The notes below the pieces were generated by a model. It saw only the letters and a program-made list of their open reading frames with translations, ran no database searches and was not told the DNA's origin. The position numbers and the translations under genes are program-made. DNA of 64,000 nucleotides, taken from TPA_inf: Saccharomyces. Its lineage: Eukaryota. Position 1 is the first letter of the stretch. Every line of letters begins with the position of its first letter. The stretch spans positions 928,001 through 992,000 of the forward strand of contig BK006941.2 of NCBI GenBank assembly GCA_000146045.2. The letters are read 5' to 3'. Positions 12,869 to 23,893 of this stretch are shown here, in pieces.

Positions 12869-14215
12869 TTAAAGCTCTCTCCATGATTCTCTCACCAACT
12901 CCCATCTGGTGGGCTCACCCGCTGATTTCGTATCTTCGTTCCTCAAGCTTTCATTCAATGAATAATGCGTTTTCGATGAATCTTGTTGTTCCTTCTCCAA
13001 AATAACAAATTTCTCCCATATCCCAGAATTTTGCCACACCAGAACCAACGAATCGTCTTGTTCTCTATTATTAGAGTCTTGACACCAGCCAATTCTACAT
13101 CTGTCTTTATAGAACTCGTTATCGTGAGTTACATCACCACTGTTGTCATTTCTGTGAGCGTCAAAGATTGGGTTCTTTAAGTGAGCATTGCATATCGACC
13201 ACACAGAGTCCAAATACTTGGGCCTCCATAGGCCCTTCGGTATATAATTTTTCAAGGGATGGCTCGAACCATTGGCACGAGAGTGGTCTGGTGTATTCGT
13301 TTCTGTATTGGTTGTTTCAAAAATTTGGAAAATATGCAATGTTTGCTTATTTGACAATACGGCCAACTTACTACCATTGGGGCTGAAACTCATCTCGTAA
13401 ATATCCGCCTTGTCCACCCCTCTTCTAAATTCTTTGATTAAAGTACCGTTATGCGTACTGAAGATTCTTATAAGTGTACCCTGGACGGAACATGTTGCTA
13501 CCATGGTGCCTTGACGGTTCAGTCTAACCAGTTTGATGGGATTTTTATGTGCTTTAATGATGGAAGTGGGCAAAAGCGCTGATTCCTTCGGGTTTTGTGA
13601 ATTATATTTTATTTGTGATAGGTCGGCTACTTGAATTTGGCCTACGCATTTATTCGATGGGAATGCAATGATTTCTAAGATTTTAGACTGTGACTGCGAT
13701 GCTTGCGACTGGAGATGTTTGCTGCTACAAACGACATAGTCCACTGATCCATTGGGAGGGATATCCAAAATAGGACAAATTCTTTGAGGATTGGTTTGAA
13801 ATTGGAAGATCTCTATTGTGTTCTCCAGGACTACCACAATATGAATCCTAGATAAAAACACGTCTTTAATGGAAGACATAAACTTCAAAGTAATCGTTTC
13901 CTTTTGCAAAAGATCATCCCAGATGATCAGTTTATTTAGAGCATGCCTTGGTCGTTTACCACCTCCGACTAGTGCGATGTAATTCGTACGATAAAGCATC
14001 CTGGTATAGCCAATCCCAGTGCCCCTGGATTGGTTGGTCGCAGACTCTTTAAATGTTTTCGATAGCTTACTAGTCAATGGATCTGTATTGAAAATACGAA
14101 ATCCATTCTCTAACGCCACGCTGAAACACGAATCATCTTGGTTAAACGAAACGCTCAAAAATTTTGGTTTCCTCCTGTTGTTGACTGCCTCCCTTATAGG
14201 TCGACGAACATCCAT
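12869..14215 (-). CDS. HSV2: PROPPIN WD40 phosphoinositide-binding protein HSV2 (YGR223C), 448 aa.
   Basis: Beta-propeller-like repeats and the diagnostic FRRG motif (KEFRRGVDKADIYEMSFSPNG). Length and position match. Confidence 0.9.
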   Translation of the reverse strand: MDVRRPIREAVNNRRKPKFLSVSFNQDDSCFSVALENGFRIFNTDPLTSKLSKTFKESATNQSRGTGIGYTRMLYRTNYIALVGGGKRPRHALNKLIIWDDLLQKETITLKFMSSIKDVFLSRIHIVVVLENTIEIFQFQTNPQRICPILDIPPNGSVDYVVCSSKHLQSQASQSQSKILEIIAFPSNKCVGQIQVADLSQIKYNSQNPKESALLPTSIIKAHKNPIKLVRLNRQGTMVATCSVQGTLIRIFSTHNGTLIKEFRRGVDKADIYEMSFSPNGSKLAVLSNKQTLHIFQIFETTNTETNTPDHSRANGSSHPLKNYIPKGLWRPKYLDSVWSICNAHLKNPIFDAHRNDNSGDVTHDNEFYKDRCRIGWCQDSNNREQDDSLVLVWQNSGIWEKFVILEKEQQDSSKTHYSLNESLRNEDTKSAGEPTRWELVRESWREL

Positions 14216-14361
14216 CTGCTAGTTATGTATGCTTATAGTTGTCCTCTAATAATCGCTGCCTTTCCAGATCTTCTGGTTTCTCTTCCCTTTAACAATAGCC
14301 CCCGCAGTACGTATTACTAAGGTAAATAAATATAACCGGCTTTACAAGCCAGAAAGCCGTG

Positions 14362-14371
14362 ATCACGTGAT
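14362..14371. promoter_or_regulatory. Perfect 10-bp palindrome ATCACGTGAT (Cbf1/Pho4-type E-box, RTCACRTG) in the HSV2/AZR1 divergent intergenic region.
   Basis: Seen in GTGATCACGTGATTATC. It matches the Cbf1 consensus including the flanking T and A. Confidence 0.55.
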
Positions 14372-14805
14372 TATCAATTTCTTTATTTCATTTCGCTCAG
14401 ATACTGCCAAAAGCCCCTGATCTTGAACACAAAGGTAAACAACGTTAATATGAACCTGGCTATCATCATTAGGATAGGCTCATTTTCTCTTTTTAACTCA
14501 GGCCCCTTTCTTGCACTGTTACCATAGGATCTTACCAATTTGCATTATTTCCGCCAACTAGCGGATATCCGCTGTATTTCCGCGCTTCTATATGCTATGG
14601 CTGGAAATACAATAAAAAGTGTCAAGCAGAACCACTACATTAATTTAAAGAAAAATGTCTTATATCAAAGAATCGGCACTGTATCAATTGATTATATATA
14701 ATGCTAGAGTTTCCGTACCCTCTTGCAACGTCCTTTAAATCTTGTATCTTTTCTTCTACAATTGTAGTAACACCACGTCTACATTAGTATCTAAATTGCA
14801 GCCCA

Positions 14806-16647
14806 ATGAAAGGCGAACCTAAGACTTACAGCATGAGCGACCTCTCATACTACGGTGAGAAAGCACAACAACAGAACGAGAAACAGCAAAAACAATATGT
14901 TGTGAGACGAAATTCTACGCAGTCAACATCAAAACAAAACGTGAGCGTGGTGCTCGAGGACAACGCCAGCGAAAGTAATGAACTACCTAAAGGGTTTATC
15001 TTGTACGCATCTTTGATAGCATTGGCTTTGTCGCTGTTTCTGGCAGCCTTGGATATCATGATAGTTTCTACAATCATTGAAGAAGTAGCTAAACAGTTTG
15101 GATCGTACTCTGAGATCGGGTGGTTATTTACCGGGTATAGCTTACCAAACGCTCTGTTGGCGTTGATATGGGGAAGAATTGCCACACCTATCGGATTCAA
15201 GGAGACCATGCTATTTGCTATTGTCATTTTTGAAATCGGGTCGCTGATCTCTGCTTTAGCAAATTCAATGAGTATGCTCATTGGTGGTAGAGTTATTGCT
15301 GGAGTCGGCGGTTGTGGTATTCAAAGTTTATCGTTCGTCATTGGTTCAACCCTGGTAGAGGAGTCGCAGAGAGGCATACTAATTGCTGTTTTGAGTTGTT
15401 CGTTTGCTATTGCATCTGTTGTTGGGCCTTTCCTTGGAGGAGTTTTCACCTCCAGCGTCACATGGAGATGGTGCTTCTATGTTAATTTACCGATCGGTGG
15501 CCTAGCATTTTTCTTATTCCTGTTCTTTTATAACCCAGGTTTAAGTACATTTCAAGAGACAATGGATAACATCCGCAAATTTCCATCACAGTTTATCGAA
15601 ATTGTTCGGAATGTAGCATATCATTTATTGAAAATCAAAGGGTTTAGCAAACTTAATGGGTGGAGAAAGCCGTTCATGGAATTGATTTTCATGTATGATA
15701 TTATCGAGTTTGTGTTTTGTTCAGCTGGATTCACATGTATTCTATTGGCTTTCACATTTGGCGGTAACCGGTATGCTTGGAACTCTGCATCCATCATTAT
15801 TCTTTTCATCATCGGTATAGTCCTGGTAGTGTTAGCAGGTATCTATGATTTCCTTGTCTTCCCCAAATTTAATATAGTGAAAGCAACACCACATTACCAA
15901 CCATTAATGTCATGGACAAATATCAAGAAACCAGGTATTTTCACGGTTAATATAGCCTTGTTTCTCACTTGTGCAGGATATATCAGTCAGTTTACGTATA
16001 TTGTGCAATACTTCCAATTAATTTACAATGATTCCGCCTGGAGAGCCGCTGTACACCTGGTTGCTTGCATTATTTCTACAGTCGTTACAGCAATACTTTG
16101 CGGTGCTATCACCGACAAAACCCGCCAAATCAAACCGATTATTGTTATTTCAAGCATTTTTGGTGTTGTTGGTGCGGGTATATTAACCCTATTGAACAAT
16201 AATGCCAATAACTCTGCTCACATCGGCCTTTTGATATTACCTGGCGTTGCTTTCGGTGGTTTGGCACAAAGTTCCATGCTCGCTTCTCAAATTCAGTTAG
16301 ACAAGAAGAGCCCAACTTTTCGATCAGATTTTGTCTCTATTACCACTTTTAACACATTTTGCAAAAATCTAGGTCAAGCACTGGGAGGTGTCATCTCTAA
16401 CACTGTTTTCAGTGCTGCTGCTATCAAGAAATTAACCAAGGCTAATATTCAGCTCCCAGATGGTACCACGGTAGACAATCTGGTAATCTATAGGCAGACC
16501 AATTTCGATGGCTCTCATTCCAAATTGGGCAATATAATTTCTGAATCTCTCACTGACGTCTTTTACATGGCATTAGGATTTTATGCATTATCTCTCATTT
16601 TTGCTGTTTTTGCTTCAAATAAGAAAGTCACAGCAAGCCTGAGATAA
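14806..16647 (+). CDS. AZR1: Major facilitator superfamily (DHA2-type, 14-TMS) azole-resistance transporter AZR1 (YGR224W), 613 aa.
   Basis: Multiple hydrophobic TM segments and the MFS motif region GRVIAGVGGCGIQSLSFVIGS. Length and position match. Confidence 0.9.
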   Translation: MKGEPKTYSMSDLSYYGEKAQQQNEKQQKQYVVRRNSTQSTSKQNVSVVLEDNASESNELPKGFILYASLIALALSLFLAALDIMIVSTIIEEVAKQFGSYSEIGWLFTGYSLPNALLALIWGRIATPIGFKETMLFAIVIFEIGSLISALANSMSMLIGGRVIAGVGGCGIQSLSFVIGSTLVEESQRGILIAVLSCSFAIASVVGPFLGGVFTSSVTWRWCFYVNLPIGGLAFFLFLFFYNPGLSTFQETMDNIRKFPSQFIEIVRNVAYHLLKIKGFSKLNGWRKPFMELIFMYDIIEFVFCSAGFTCILLAFTFGGNRYAWNSASIIILFIIGIVLVVLAGIYDFLVFPKFNIVKATPHYQPLMSWTNIKKPGIFTVNIALFLTCAGYISQFTYIVQYFQLIYNDSAWRAAVHLVACIISTVVTAILCGAITDKTRQIKPIIVISSIFGVVGAGILTLLNNNANNSAHIGLLILPGVAFGGLAQSSMLASQIQLDKKSPTFRSDFVSITTFNTFCKNLGQALGGVISNTVFSAAAIKKLTKANIQLPDGTTVDNLVIYRQTNFDGSHSKLGNIISESLTDVFYMALGFYALSLIFAVFASNKKVTASLR

Positions 16648-17144
16648 GTTAAGCACGATTTAGAAGGTGGCGAGCCTCAAAGTGTAAAGCTGCAGAAAAA
16701 ATAAACATGACTTTTAGTAATTGGCTGTTTAGCTTGCTGAATTGTGTACCACAACTAACGATAACAGTAAGAGGGTAATCCGAGACAGTATGAGTACAGC
16801 TATTAAATAGTTAATTTAGATTTTTATACTGGTATGATAAACGACGTTCATATAGCAAGAGCGTCAATGCCTCTATGTCACCTTCAATAGAAGTTTCCCT
16901 TTTTATTTCGACTTTTGTTTTTGTATTTTTCGGCGTCTGCCTTGTTCCATTTTTAAGGCGCCAAAAATAAAATAAAATGATGAACGATTAGTACTCAAAG
17001 AACACTTTAATCCTTGGAAACAAAAAAATAAAAAATCAAAAGTTGAAGGAAGGTCAAATTTTCTTCCTCCAACGATAATAATACTTGCTTATATAACTCT
17101 TTTAAAGTTTTACAAAACTTTGGATCAGAAAAAAAGAAAAAAAT

Positions 17145-18327
17145 ATGGCTACTCCCCATTTATATCACAGATATAACTCCAAAAGCTCTAACAAAAATAT
17201 CAATTCGAGCGGAAATTCTACAGAGGTTGACCGTTTCATTCCAAAATCAGTTTCGAGAAATGCTTATAAGTCTATTCCAATGTTAAATGGGTTTGACATA
17301 AGTTACTCAGAACTTTGCGAGAAATCTCCTTCACCTGAGCGGCTATCATCCCCTGAATTCTTTAACGAACTGCGAAACACCGGGCATTACGAATCAATCA
17401 GTACAACAAATGAGTTTTCCATGTCAAGTATCTCTAGCTCTTCTGAGAGTCAAGTTACCAGAAGTGGAAGTGCAAGAGCTTCAAGAAACGATTATTCAAA
17501 ATTAACTAAAGAGCAAAAGGACCATAGAAAGAATATTGCACATTCTCTTGGTTTTCAATTGCCCGACCGTGTCTTTACGTTTGAGACCACAAGTGCTGAA
17601 ATTCTGGAAAAGAATAAAGCCATCAAAAATTGCTTTGGACCAGGAAGTTGCGCCGAAATAAGATCAACCTTTGACTTTAGTACACTCTCGCCCGATGTTG
17701 CCCGTTATTATATCGCTAATTCTAACGCAAGATCAGCTTCCCCACAAAGACAAATCCAAAGACCTGCTAAACGAGTAAAGTCACATATTCCATACCGTGT
17801 ATTGGATGCACCTTGCCTGAGAAATGATTTTTATTCGAACTTAATTTCTTGGTCAAGAACCACAAACAACGTTTTGGTGGGACTGGGTTGCTCCGTATAC
17901 ATCTGGTCTGAGAAAGAAGGAGCGGTATCTATATTGGACCATCAATACTTAAGTGAAAAGAGGGATTTAGTGACATGCGTCTCATTCTGTCCTTACAATA
18001 CTTATTTTATTGTTGGTACAAAATTTGGCCGTATTCTTCTTTATGATCAAAAAGAATTTTTTCATTCCAGCAACACAAACGAAAAGGAACCAGTATTTGT
18101 TTTCCAAACTGAATCCTTCAAAGGAATATGTTGCCTAGAATGGTTCAAACCAGGTGAAATTTGCAAATTTTATGTTGGAGAGGAAAATGGCAATGTGAGC
18201 CTCTTTGAAATAAAGAGTTTGCATTTCCCCATAAAAAACTGGAGTAAAAGACAAAAACTCGAAGATGAAAATTTAATAGGATTGAAACTTCATTCCACTT
18301 ATCAAGCTCAGGCACAGCAAGTCTGTG
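17145..18327 (+). CDS. AMA1: AMA1/SPO70 exon 1 (meiosis-specific APC/C activator, Cdc20 family, YGR225W).
   Basis: The ORF from the ATG reads ...AQQVCG and then enters an intron with 5'ss GTACGT at 18328. Exon 1 (1183 nt) plus exon 2 (599 nt) gives 594 codons, i.e. 593 aa, which matches the known AMA1 length. Exon 2 continues in frame with WD40 repeats. Confidence 0.88.
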
Positions 18328-18420
18328 GTACGTTATTAAGAGCTTATGCTTTCACATACCCTTTTCTGGTATAGCGCTTATTTTTTCATTATGAAAAATA
18401 CTAACAAATATTTTCTACAG
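18328..18420 (+). other. AMA1: Spliceosomal intron of AMA1, 93 nt.
   Basis: The intron has a non-canonical 5'ss GUACGU (18328-18333), the branchpoint UACUAAC (18399-18405) and the 3'ss UUCUACAG|GU (ends 18420). It carries a Mer1-type intronic enhancer AUACCCUU at 18356-18363. Confidence 0.88.
18356..18363 (+). promoter_or_regulatory. Mer1 intronic splicing-enhancer consensus (AYACCCUY) inside the AMA1 intron.
   Basis: ATACCCTT lies 28 nt downstream of the weak GUACGU 5' splice site. AMA1 is one of the known Mer1-dependent meiotic introns. Confidence 0.7.
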
Positions 18421-19019
18421 GTATTTCTCTGAATGAACATGCAAACCTGCTTGCAGTCGGCGGCAATGATAATTCTTGTAGCTTATGGGATATTTCCGAC
18501 TTGGATAAACCTATTAAAAAGTTTGTTCTTCCACATAAAGCGGCTGTGAAGGCCATTGCCTTTTGTCCTTGGTCGAAGTCTTTGTTGGCTACGGGTGGTG
18601 GAAGCAAAGACAGATGTATTAAGTTTTGGCATACATCGACAGGCACATTGTTGGATGAGATTTGCACCTCGGGACAGGTGACGTCTTTGATATGGTCGTT
18701 GAGACATAAACAGATTGTTGCTACTTTTGGATTCGGTGATACCAAGAATCCTGTATTAATAACACTATACTCATATCCAAAATTATCAAAACTACTCGAA
18801 GTTAGGTCGCCCAACCCTTTGCGTGTACTGAGCGCAGTAATCTCTCCAAGTTCCATGGCAATTTGCGTTGCCACTAACGATGAAACGATAAGATTTTATG
18901 AACTGTGGAACGATAAGGAGGAAATAATTAATGAAATTCAAGAGAGTGGGATTTATGGATCTAATATTATAGAATATATGGAGGGTATCGAAACAACACA
19001 TAACAAAAGAATAAGGTAA
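18421..19019 (+). CDS. AMA1: AMA1/SPO70 exon 2 (WD40 propeller, C-terminus ...HNKRIR).
   Basis: The frame follows on from exon 1 (G codon split g|gt). Translation gives ISLNEHANLLAVGGNDNSCSLWDISDLDKP..., typical Cdc20/Cdh1-type WD40 blades. Confidence 0.88.
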
Positions 19020-19064
19020 TATAAAAAAAGGATATTCATTGCACGCACAAACCAAATACTTCAA
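18792..19064 (-). other. Antisense ORF of 90 codons overlapping the AMA1 3' end. It probably corresponds to a database 'dubious' ORF and is unlikely to be coding.
   Basis: It overlaps the conserved AMA1 exon 2 on the opposite strand. Confidence 0.25.
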
Positions 19065-19419
19065 ATAGCAAACTAACAGTAAGAATATATAAAACTATAC
19101 ATACGTATACATAAAAAAATAATAGGGAAAAAAAAAGGAAACCATATGAGTTTGAATGAGGCGACGTGCCATATTAAACAATTATATTTTAACACTTCCG
19201 CACTGCACCTATTTAGTTGGCTGATTTGTGACGTTTTTAATTCCGATCGGCCTGAAACAGCGAAGGGTCCTGGAAAATTAAGATAATAAAACGAAATGAA
19301 ACCCAGCAACGTTAGATGATGCTCAAAAAAATATAGAGACAGAGAAAAACCAGAATACAAAGAGCTGTTTAAGTGGTCAATATCCCAGGTACACCGAGCC
19401 CAGTCACATCGAACTTATA

Positions 19420-20997
19420 ATGGATGCAAAGAAAAATACTGGTGAAGCCAATAATGATGTATTGGAAGAGGAAGCAGCGATTCAGTTGATTGCACCAGGT
19501 ATAGCGAGAAACTTAACACAAGAAGTCATTACCGGTATCTTCTGTAATGTAGTAATATATCCTCTTCTTCTAATATATTTTGTCTTAACTTTCCGTTACA
19601 TGACTACAAATATTGTACCTTATGAATTTATAGATGAAAAGTTTCACGTTGGCCAAACTTTGACCTATTTAAAAGGTAAATGGACTCAATGGGACCCTAA
19701 AATAACAACCCCCCCTGGAATCTATATTTTGGGTTTAATTAATTATTATTGTATAAAGCCCATATTCAAGTCGTGGAGCACACTAACCATACTAAGATTA
19801 GTTAATTTACTTGGAGGGATTATCGTTTTCCCCATTTTAGTACTCAGGCCAATATTCCTTTTTAATGCCTTAGGTTTTTGGCCCGTTTCATTAATGAGCT
19901 TCCCATTGATGACAACTTATTATTACTTATTTTACACCGATGTGTGGTCTACAATTCTGATATTGCAATCACTCAGCTGCGTGTTAACATTACCGTTTGG
20001 CCCCGTGAAGAGTATATGGTTGAGTGCTTTTTTTGCTGGTGTAAGCTGTCTCTTCAGACAAACGAATATCATTTGGACGGGATTTATAATGATTCTTGCT
20101 GTTGAACGCCCAGCCATTTTACAAAAACAGTTCAACACGCATACGTTCAATAACTATTTGAAATTATTCATTCATGCTATTGACGATTTCTCCAACCTTG
20201 TTCTGCCCTATATGATAAATTTTGTTTTGTTCTTCATTTATCTGATTTGGAACAGATCCATAACACTAGGTGATAAGTCCAGCCACTCAGCAGGCCTGCA
20301 TATAGTACAAATATTCTATTGTTTCACATTCATCACCGTTTTCAGTTTACCTATATGGATATCTCGTAATTTTATGAAGTTGTACAAATTAAGAATAAAA
20401 CGGAAGCCAGTACAAACTTTTTTTGAATTTATTGGTATTATGCTAATCATAAGATACTTTACAAAAGTTCACCCATTTTTGTTAGCAGATAATAGACACT
20501 ACACGTTCTACCTCTTCAGAAGATTGATAGGCAACAAAAGTAGACTAATCAAGTACTTTTTTATGACACCAATCTATCATTTCTCCACTTTCGCATACCT
20601 TGAAGTGATGAGACCCAACCAGCTCACCTTTCACCCCATCACTCCACTCCCCATCAAAGAACCTGTACATTTACCCATACAACTGACACATGTATCGTGG
20701 ACGGCCTTAATAACGTGCACCATGGTAACTATCGTTCCATCACCCTTATTCGAACCTCGTTACTATATATTGCCCTATTTCTTTTGGAGAATATTTATTA
20801 CCTGCAGCTGCGAACCTTTGATAAAGGATTTAAAACCTGCTAAAGAAGGCGAAAACCCAATTACCATAAGCAGTACGAAAAGACTGTTCATGGAATTTTT
20901 ATGGTTCATGCTCTTCAATGTCGTTACTTTAGTTATCTTTTCCAAGGTCTCATTTCCTTGGACCACTGAGCCCTATTTGCAAAGAATAATATGGTGA
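19420..20997 (+). CDS. DIE2: Dol-P-Glc:Glc2Man9GlcNAc2-PP-Dol alpha-1,2-glucosyltransferase DIE2/ALG10 (YGR227W), 525 aa.
   Basis: Polytopic ER membrane protein with many TM segments. Length and position match, and the N-terminal region resembles ALG10. Confidence 0.88.
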
Positions 20998-21251
20998 ACA
21001 GAATTGATTATAGTTGCAAAAAGACGTTCTATAAATGTTTACTAGTAGTATTTATTTTCTTTTTTTATTTCCATCTTTTAGTGGCCAACCGTTTTGTATA
21101 TATTGATTTTTCTTCGTAGTGGCCTCAAACCGTTTGAGCCACTTAATGGCAAATGATAGCGAACTTTCTCCTGCTTTTAGGAATACTCTTATAGACATAA
21201 TGCATTGATTTCCACGAACGTTCATGGTTGGTAAACGTAAGGGAATTGTGC

Positions 21252-21274
21252 TATATATATATATATATATATAT
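21252..21274. repeat. (TA)11 dinucleotide microsatellite in the DIE2–SMI1 convergent intergenic region.
   Basis: A TATATATATATATATATATATAT run. Confidence 0.95.
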
Positions 21275-21381
21275 GATAATATTGTATAAATTTCTTAAGG
21301 TTGAAACCTACCTAGAACAGTTTAATAGAAATAAATATTGTCCAAATTTCTTTTTGGTTGTAGAATGTTAATTGTGATATT

Positions 21382-22899
21382 TCATAAAGCTATATTTTCA
21401 AATTCTTCTCTCGCTTCTTCCACTTTAGCATCATCACTTCTTATTTCATTTTCTTCCTTTTTGTTCATTTCTTCTGTTTGCTTATTTACATCATCGTCTT
21501 TTTTTGCTGATTCTGTGACATGTTCGTTTTCAACGTGTTCTTTTTCTTCAACCTTTGGTTGCTTTTCGTCTTCTTTCCTCTCGCTTTCTTGTTTAATGTC
21601 TACATTATCAGCTTTGATTTCATGCTCTGCTTGTCCAAGGCTTTCTGTATTTACAGTTGTAGTCTCCGCTTCGCTAGGTTCTGTTTTCACAATTTTGACA
21701 GATTCGTGATCTTGAACAGATTGTACATCTGCACTACCACTATCTTCGCCCTTTATGGATTCTGCGTTGAGGGTAGAAGGCTGTTCAGCTGCCACTTTCT
21801 TTTGCGAGGCAGGCACGTATTTCTGCTCCTGCAAGGATGTGTCAGGTTGAGATTTTTGCTGTTGTGATCTCAAGTTTTCTTGATACTTGATCCACGTTCT
21901 TCTTTTTAAAACTTCGAAATAATCTTGTATAGGACCATTAGATTTCTTATCCCTGAAGACCAATTCACCATCACCGCTAAAGTAGTCGTCATTGTCATCT
22001 ACTAAATACCAATTACCAGCTTCCAAATCGTTGGCAAACGATAACAGAAATTCACCCCAATTTTCAGCAATGACAAATTTCGTATCGAAGTCCCTCCCAA
22101 ATGTTATAATTTGAGCATATTTACCATTTGGACCAGGCGCCAAGTCAACACCGATATGGTTACCGGCATTGTCCGTTATTAAAGGAATCCAAGCAGGATG
22201 TGCATATACCGGTTGCACTGCATTTGGAGGAATAGATTTTTGATCTGGGATATTTGGCAGTTTGAACTTGTTACCATTTAGTCTTTCCATAGATGAAGAA
22301 GAGCCAGTAGATGTAACATGGGATAAACCTTGTTGAGATCTTTTGTTTAGGTTCTTTGCGACGTTTCTCCAGGCCTGAGTCATAGCTACAACCTGATCTA
22401 GTGTCATTAGTTGGAAGCCATAAAACAAGCCAGAAGTACCGGTCATCGATTCTAAATCTTCTTGGCCATCATGAATTTTGAAAGACGCTTTTACTGGGTT
22501 GGGAAAGCTAACTTCCAAGTCTTCCTCTGCGTGAGTGATATCGTTTTGGGTGCAAGGATCACTCAAAGTTGCATTTAAATCTGGATTATGTTCACTGGTC
22601 CAAAAATCGATGTGTCTCCAAGCTAAGAGGGTTTCAGAGACACCATCGTTTGACTCCGTGGACGTAAATTCATCAATATTTATGTCTTCATTAGATGGCA
22701 CGCCATTTTGAAATCCCATGCTCATTTCCTCATCTACACTATTCAAATGCATTTGAGAGGGATTTACCTGACCATTGTTGCTGTTTAAACGTTTACCCAT
22801 GTTAAAAGTAGGCGTTTCATCGGGGTTATACTCTGCATAATGGTCGTCAGTGCTGAGGGAGTATACCCATTCTTTAACTTTTCTTTTGAATAGATCCAT
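21382..22899 (-). CDS. SMI1: Cell-wall integrity and 1,3-beta-glucan synthesis regulator SMI1/KNR4 (YGR229C), 505 aa.
   Basis: Full ORF of 505 aa with a central SMI1/KNR4 domain and a highly charged K/E-rich C-terminal tail. Position matches. Confidence 0.9.
   Translation of the reverse strand: MDLFKRKVKEWVYSLSTDDHYAEYNPDETPTFNMGKRLNSNNGQVNPSQMHLNSVDEEMSMGFQNGVPSNEDINIDEFTSTESNDGVSETLLAWRHIDFWTSEHNPDLNATLSDPCTQNDITHAEEDLEVSFPNPVKASFKIHDGQEDLESMTGTSGLFYGFQLMTLDQVVAMTQAWRNVAKNLNKRSQQGLSHVTSTGSSSSMERLNGNKFKLPNIPDQKSIPPNAVQPVYAHPAWIPLITDNAGNHIGVDLAPGPNGKYAQIITFGRDFDTKFVIAENWGEFLLSFANDLEAGNWYLVDDNDDYFSGDGELVFRDKKSNGPIQDYFEVLKRRTWIKYQENLRSQQQKSQPDTSLQEQKYVPASQKKVAAEQPSTLNAESIKGEDSGSADVQSVQDHESVKIVKTEPSEAETTTVNTESLGQAEHEIKADNVDIKQESERKEDEKQPKVEEKEHVENEHVTESAKKDDDVNKQTEEMNKKEENEIRSDDAKVEEAREEFENIAL
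21520..21867 (+). other. Antisense ORF (115 codons) inside SMI1. It probably corresponds to a database 'dubious' ORF (YGR228W) and is not coding.
   Basis: It lies opposite the low-complexity K/E-rich SMI1 tail, and its translation is F/L-rich low complexity. Confidence 0.25.
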
Positions 22900-23362
22900 T
22901 TTATACTAAAAAATTCTGCCAAGTTGTCGCCTATAGAACGAATGTGCGTTTATTTTGTATTTTCTTTGCGTATTGATAGTATAGCTAGTCCTTGTATATT
23001 TTCAATTTTTCGATAACTTTAGTCGAACACGAAAAAAAATAATTAGCGGATTTAATTTTGTACCTTTATTTTCAACAGGCTTGATTCTTGAATGGCGTAT
23101 TTGCAAATATTTCAATATTGAGAGAAGCTAAAATTTCTAAGAATGGACTTGCGTTTGAAGATTGCGTAGCAGCGCAAAGAATTGATTAAAATGTAATTTA
23201 CTCTGGAAAGAAAACACAACCTTTTCAGTTGCGGTGCAAAAACATTCTTTTGATCTCGAAGTAGGAAAACTGACATTAGAAAAAGAAAAAAAAAACAATC
23301 TGCGAATTATGCATTTCTTTTTTTCGCTTTTTTATTTTCTTTTTTCTTTTTTTCGACCTCCA

Positions 23363-23383
23363 ATAGGGCTTTGGAAGCCCTAT
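23363..23383. repeat. Inverted repeat with 9-bp arms and a 3-bp spacer, ATAGGGCTT-TGG-AAGCCCTAT, 17 bp upstream of the E-box palindrome.
   Basis: Read directly from the sequence; the arms are perfectly complementary. Confidence 0.8.
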
Positions 23384-23399
23384 ATGTAATCTAGGGTAA

Positions 23400-23415
23400 T
23401 GACATATGTCACGTG
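23400..23415. promoter_or_regulatory. Composite palindrome TGACATATGTCACGTG (a 12-bp palindrome overlapping a TCACGTG Cbf1-type E-box) in the SMI1/BNS1 divergent promoter.
   Basis: TGACAT|ATGTCA is a perfect inverted repeat, and the CACGTG core lies at 23410-23415. Confidence 0.5.
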
Positions 23416-23893
23416 CTTTAGGGCTTGGTGCCTTTATTTTTATGATTATGTGACAAGGATCTAAGGGGGTTTTCCAGATACGGGAAAAAATAAATAGTAG
23501 ACTATCCTAAAAAGGAATGTAATTAACTTATGATGTACAAACGGTGGTGCAATGCATGTTAAGCCCTGCAGGTAAATGGATCAGTGCGGAGTACGCATCT
23601 TTTGCGATGTTCCCATGTAGATTGGAGCCTCTCTGCTTCGTTCTAACTCTCCTCCGTTGTCATAAAGGCCTGCGATTAGTAAGGTGGAAGGTATCTGAAG
23701 TTAATGCTAGGATTTCAAATGTATACCTTTTTATTCTCTTGAACAAATAACGAAATCCTCTACAAAAGGTTTCTATTGAAAGTTCCCAATAAGCAGCAAA
23801 TTCTTCTTCCTCTACTTATCTGTGATTTTTTTTTAAAAAAAGTTAATCAGAGGCTACTACATCATTGCGCTAAAAAAAAGTAACAGATTTGCG

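Noticed and set aside
16900-17000. Possible Ndt80 middle-sporulation element or URS1 in the AMA1 promoter (TTCGGCGTCT, GGCGCCAAAAAT).
   Set aside because: Neither matches the consensus exactly. The MSE core CRCAAA is absent and the URS1-like site has a mismatch in the GGCGGC core. They are too weak to call from sequence alone.
21338-21709. Ser/Cys/Phe-rich 123-codon ORF on the plus strand (also 52483-52836 and 51904-52476 opposite SDA1, and 29456-29689 opposite PHO81).
   Set aside because: These are mirror images of low-complexity coding regions on the other strand (the SMI1 K/E-rich tail, the SDA1 D/E-rich region and the PHO81 poly-Asn tract). Their homopolymeric translations (poly-Ser, poly-Leu) are artefacts of the complementary repeat.
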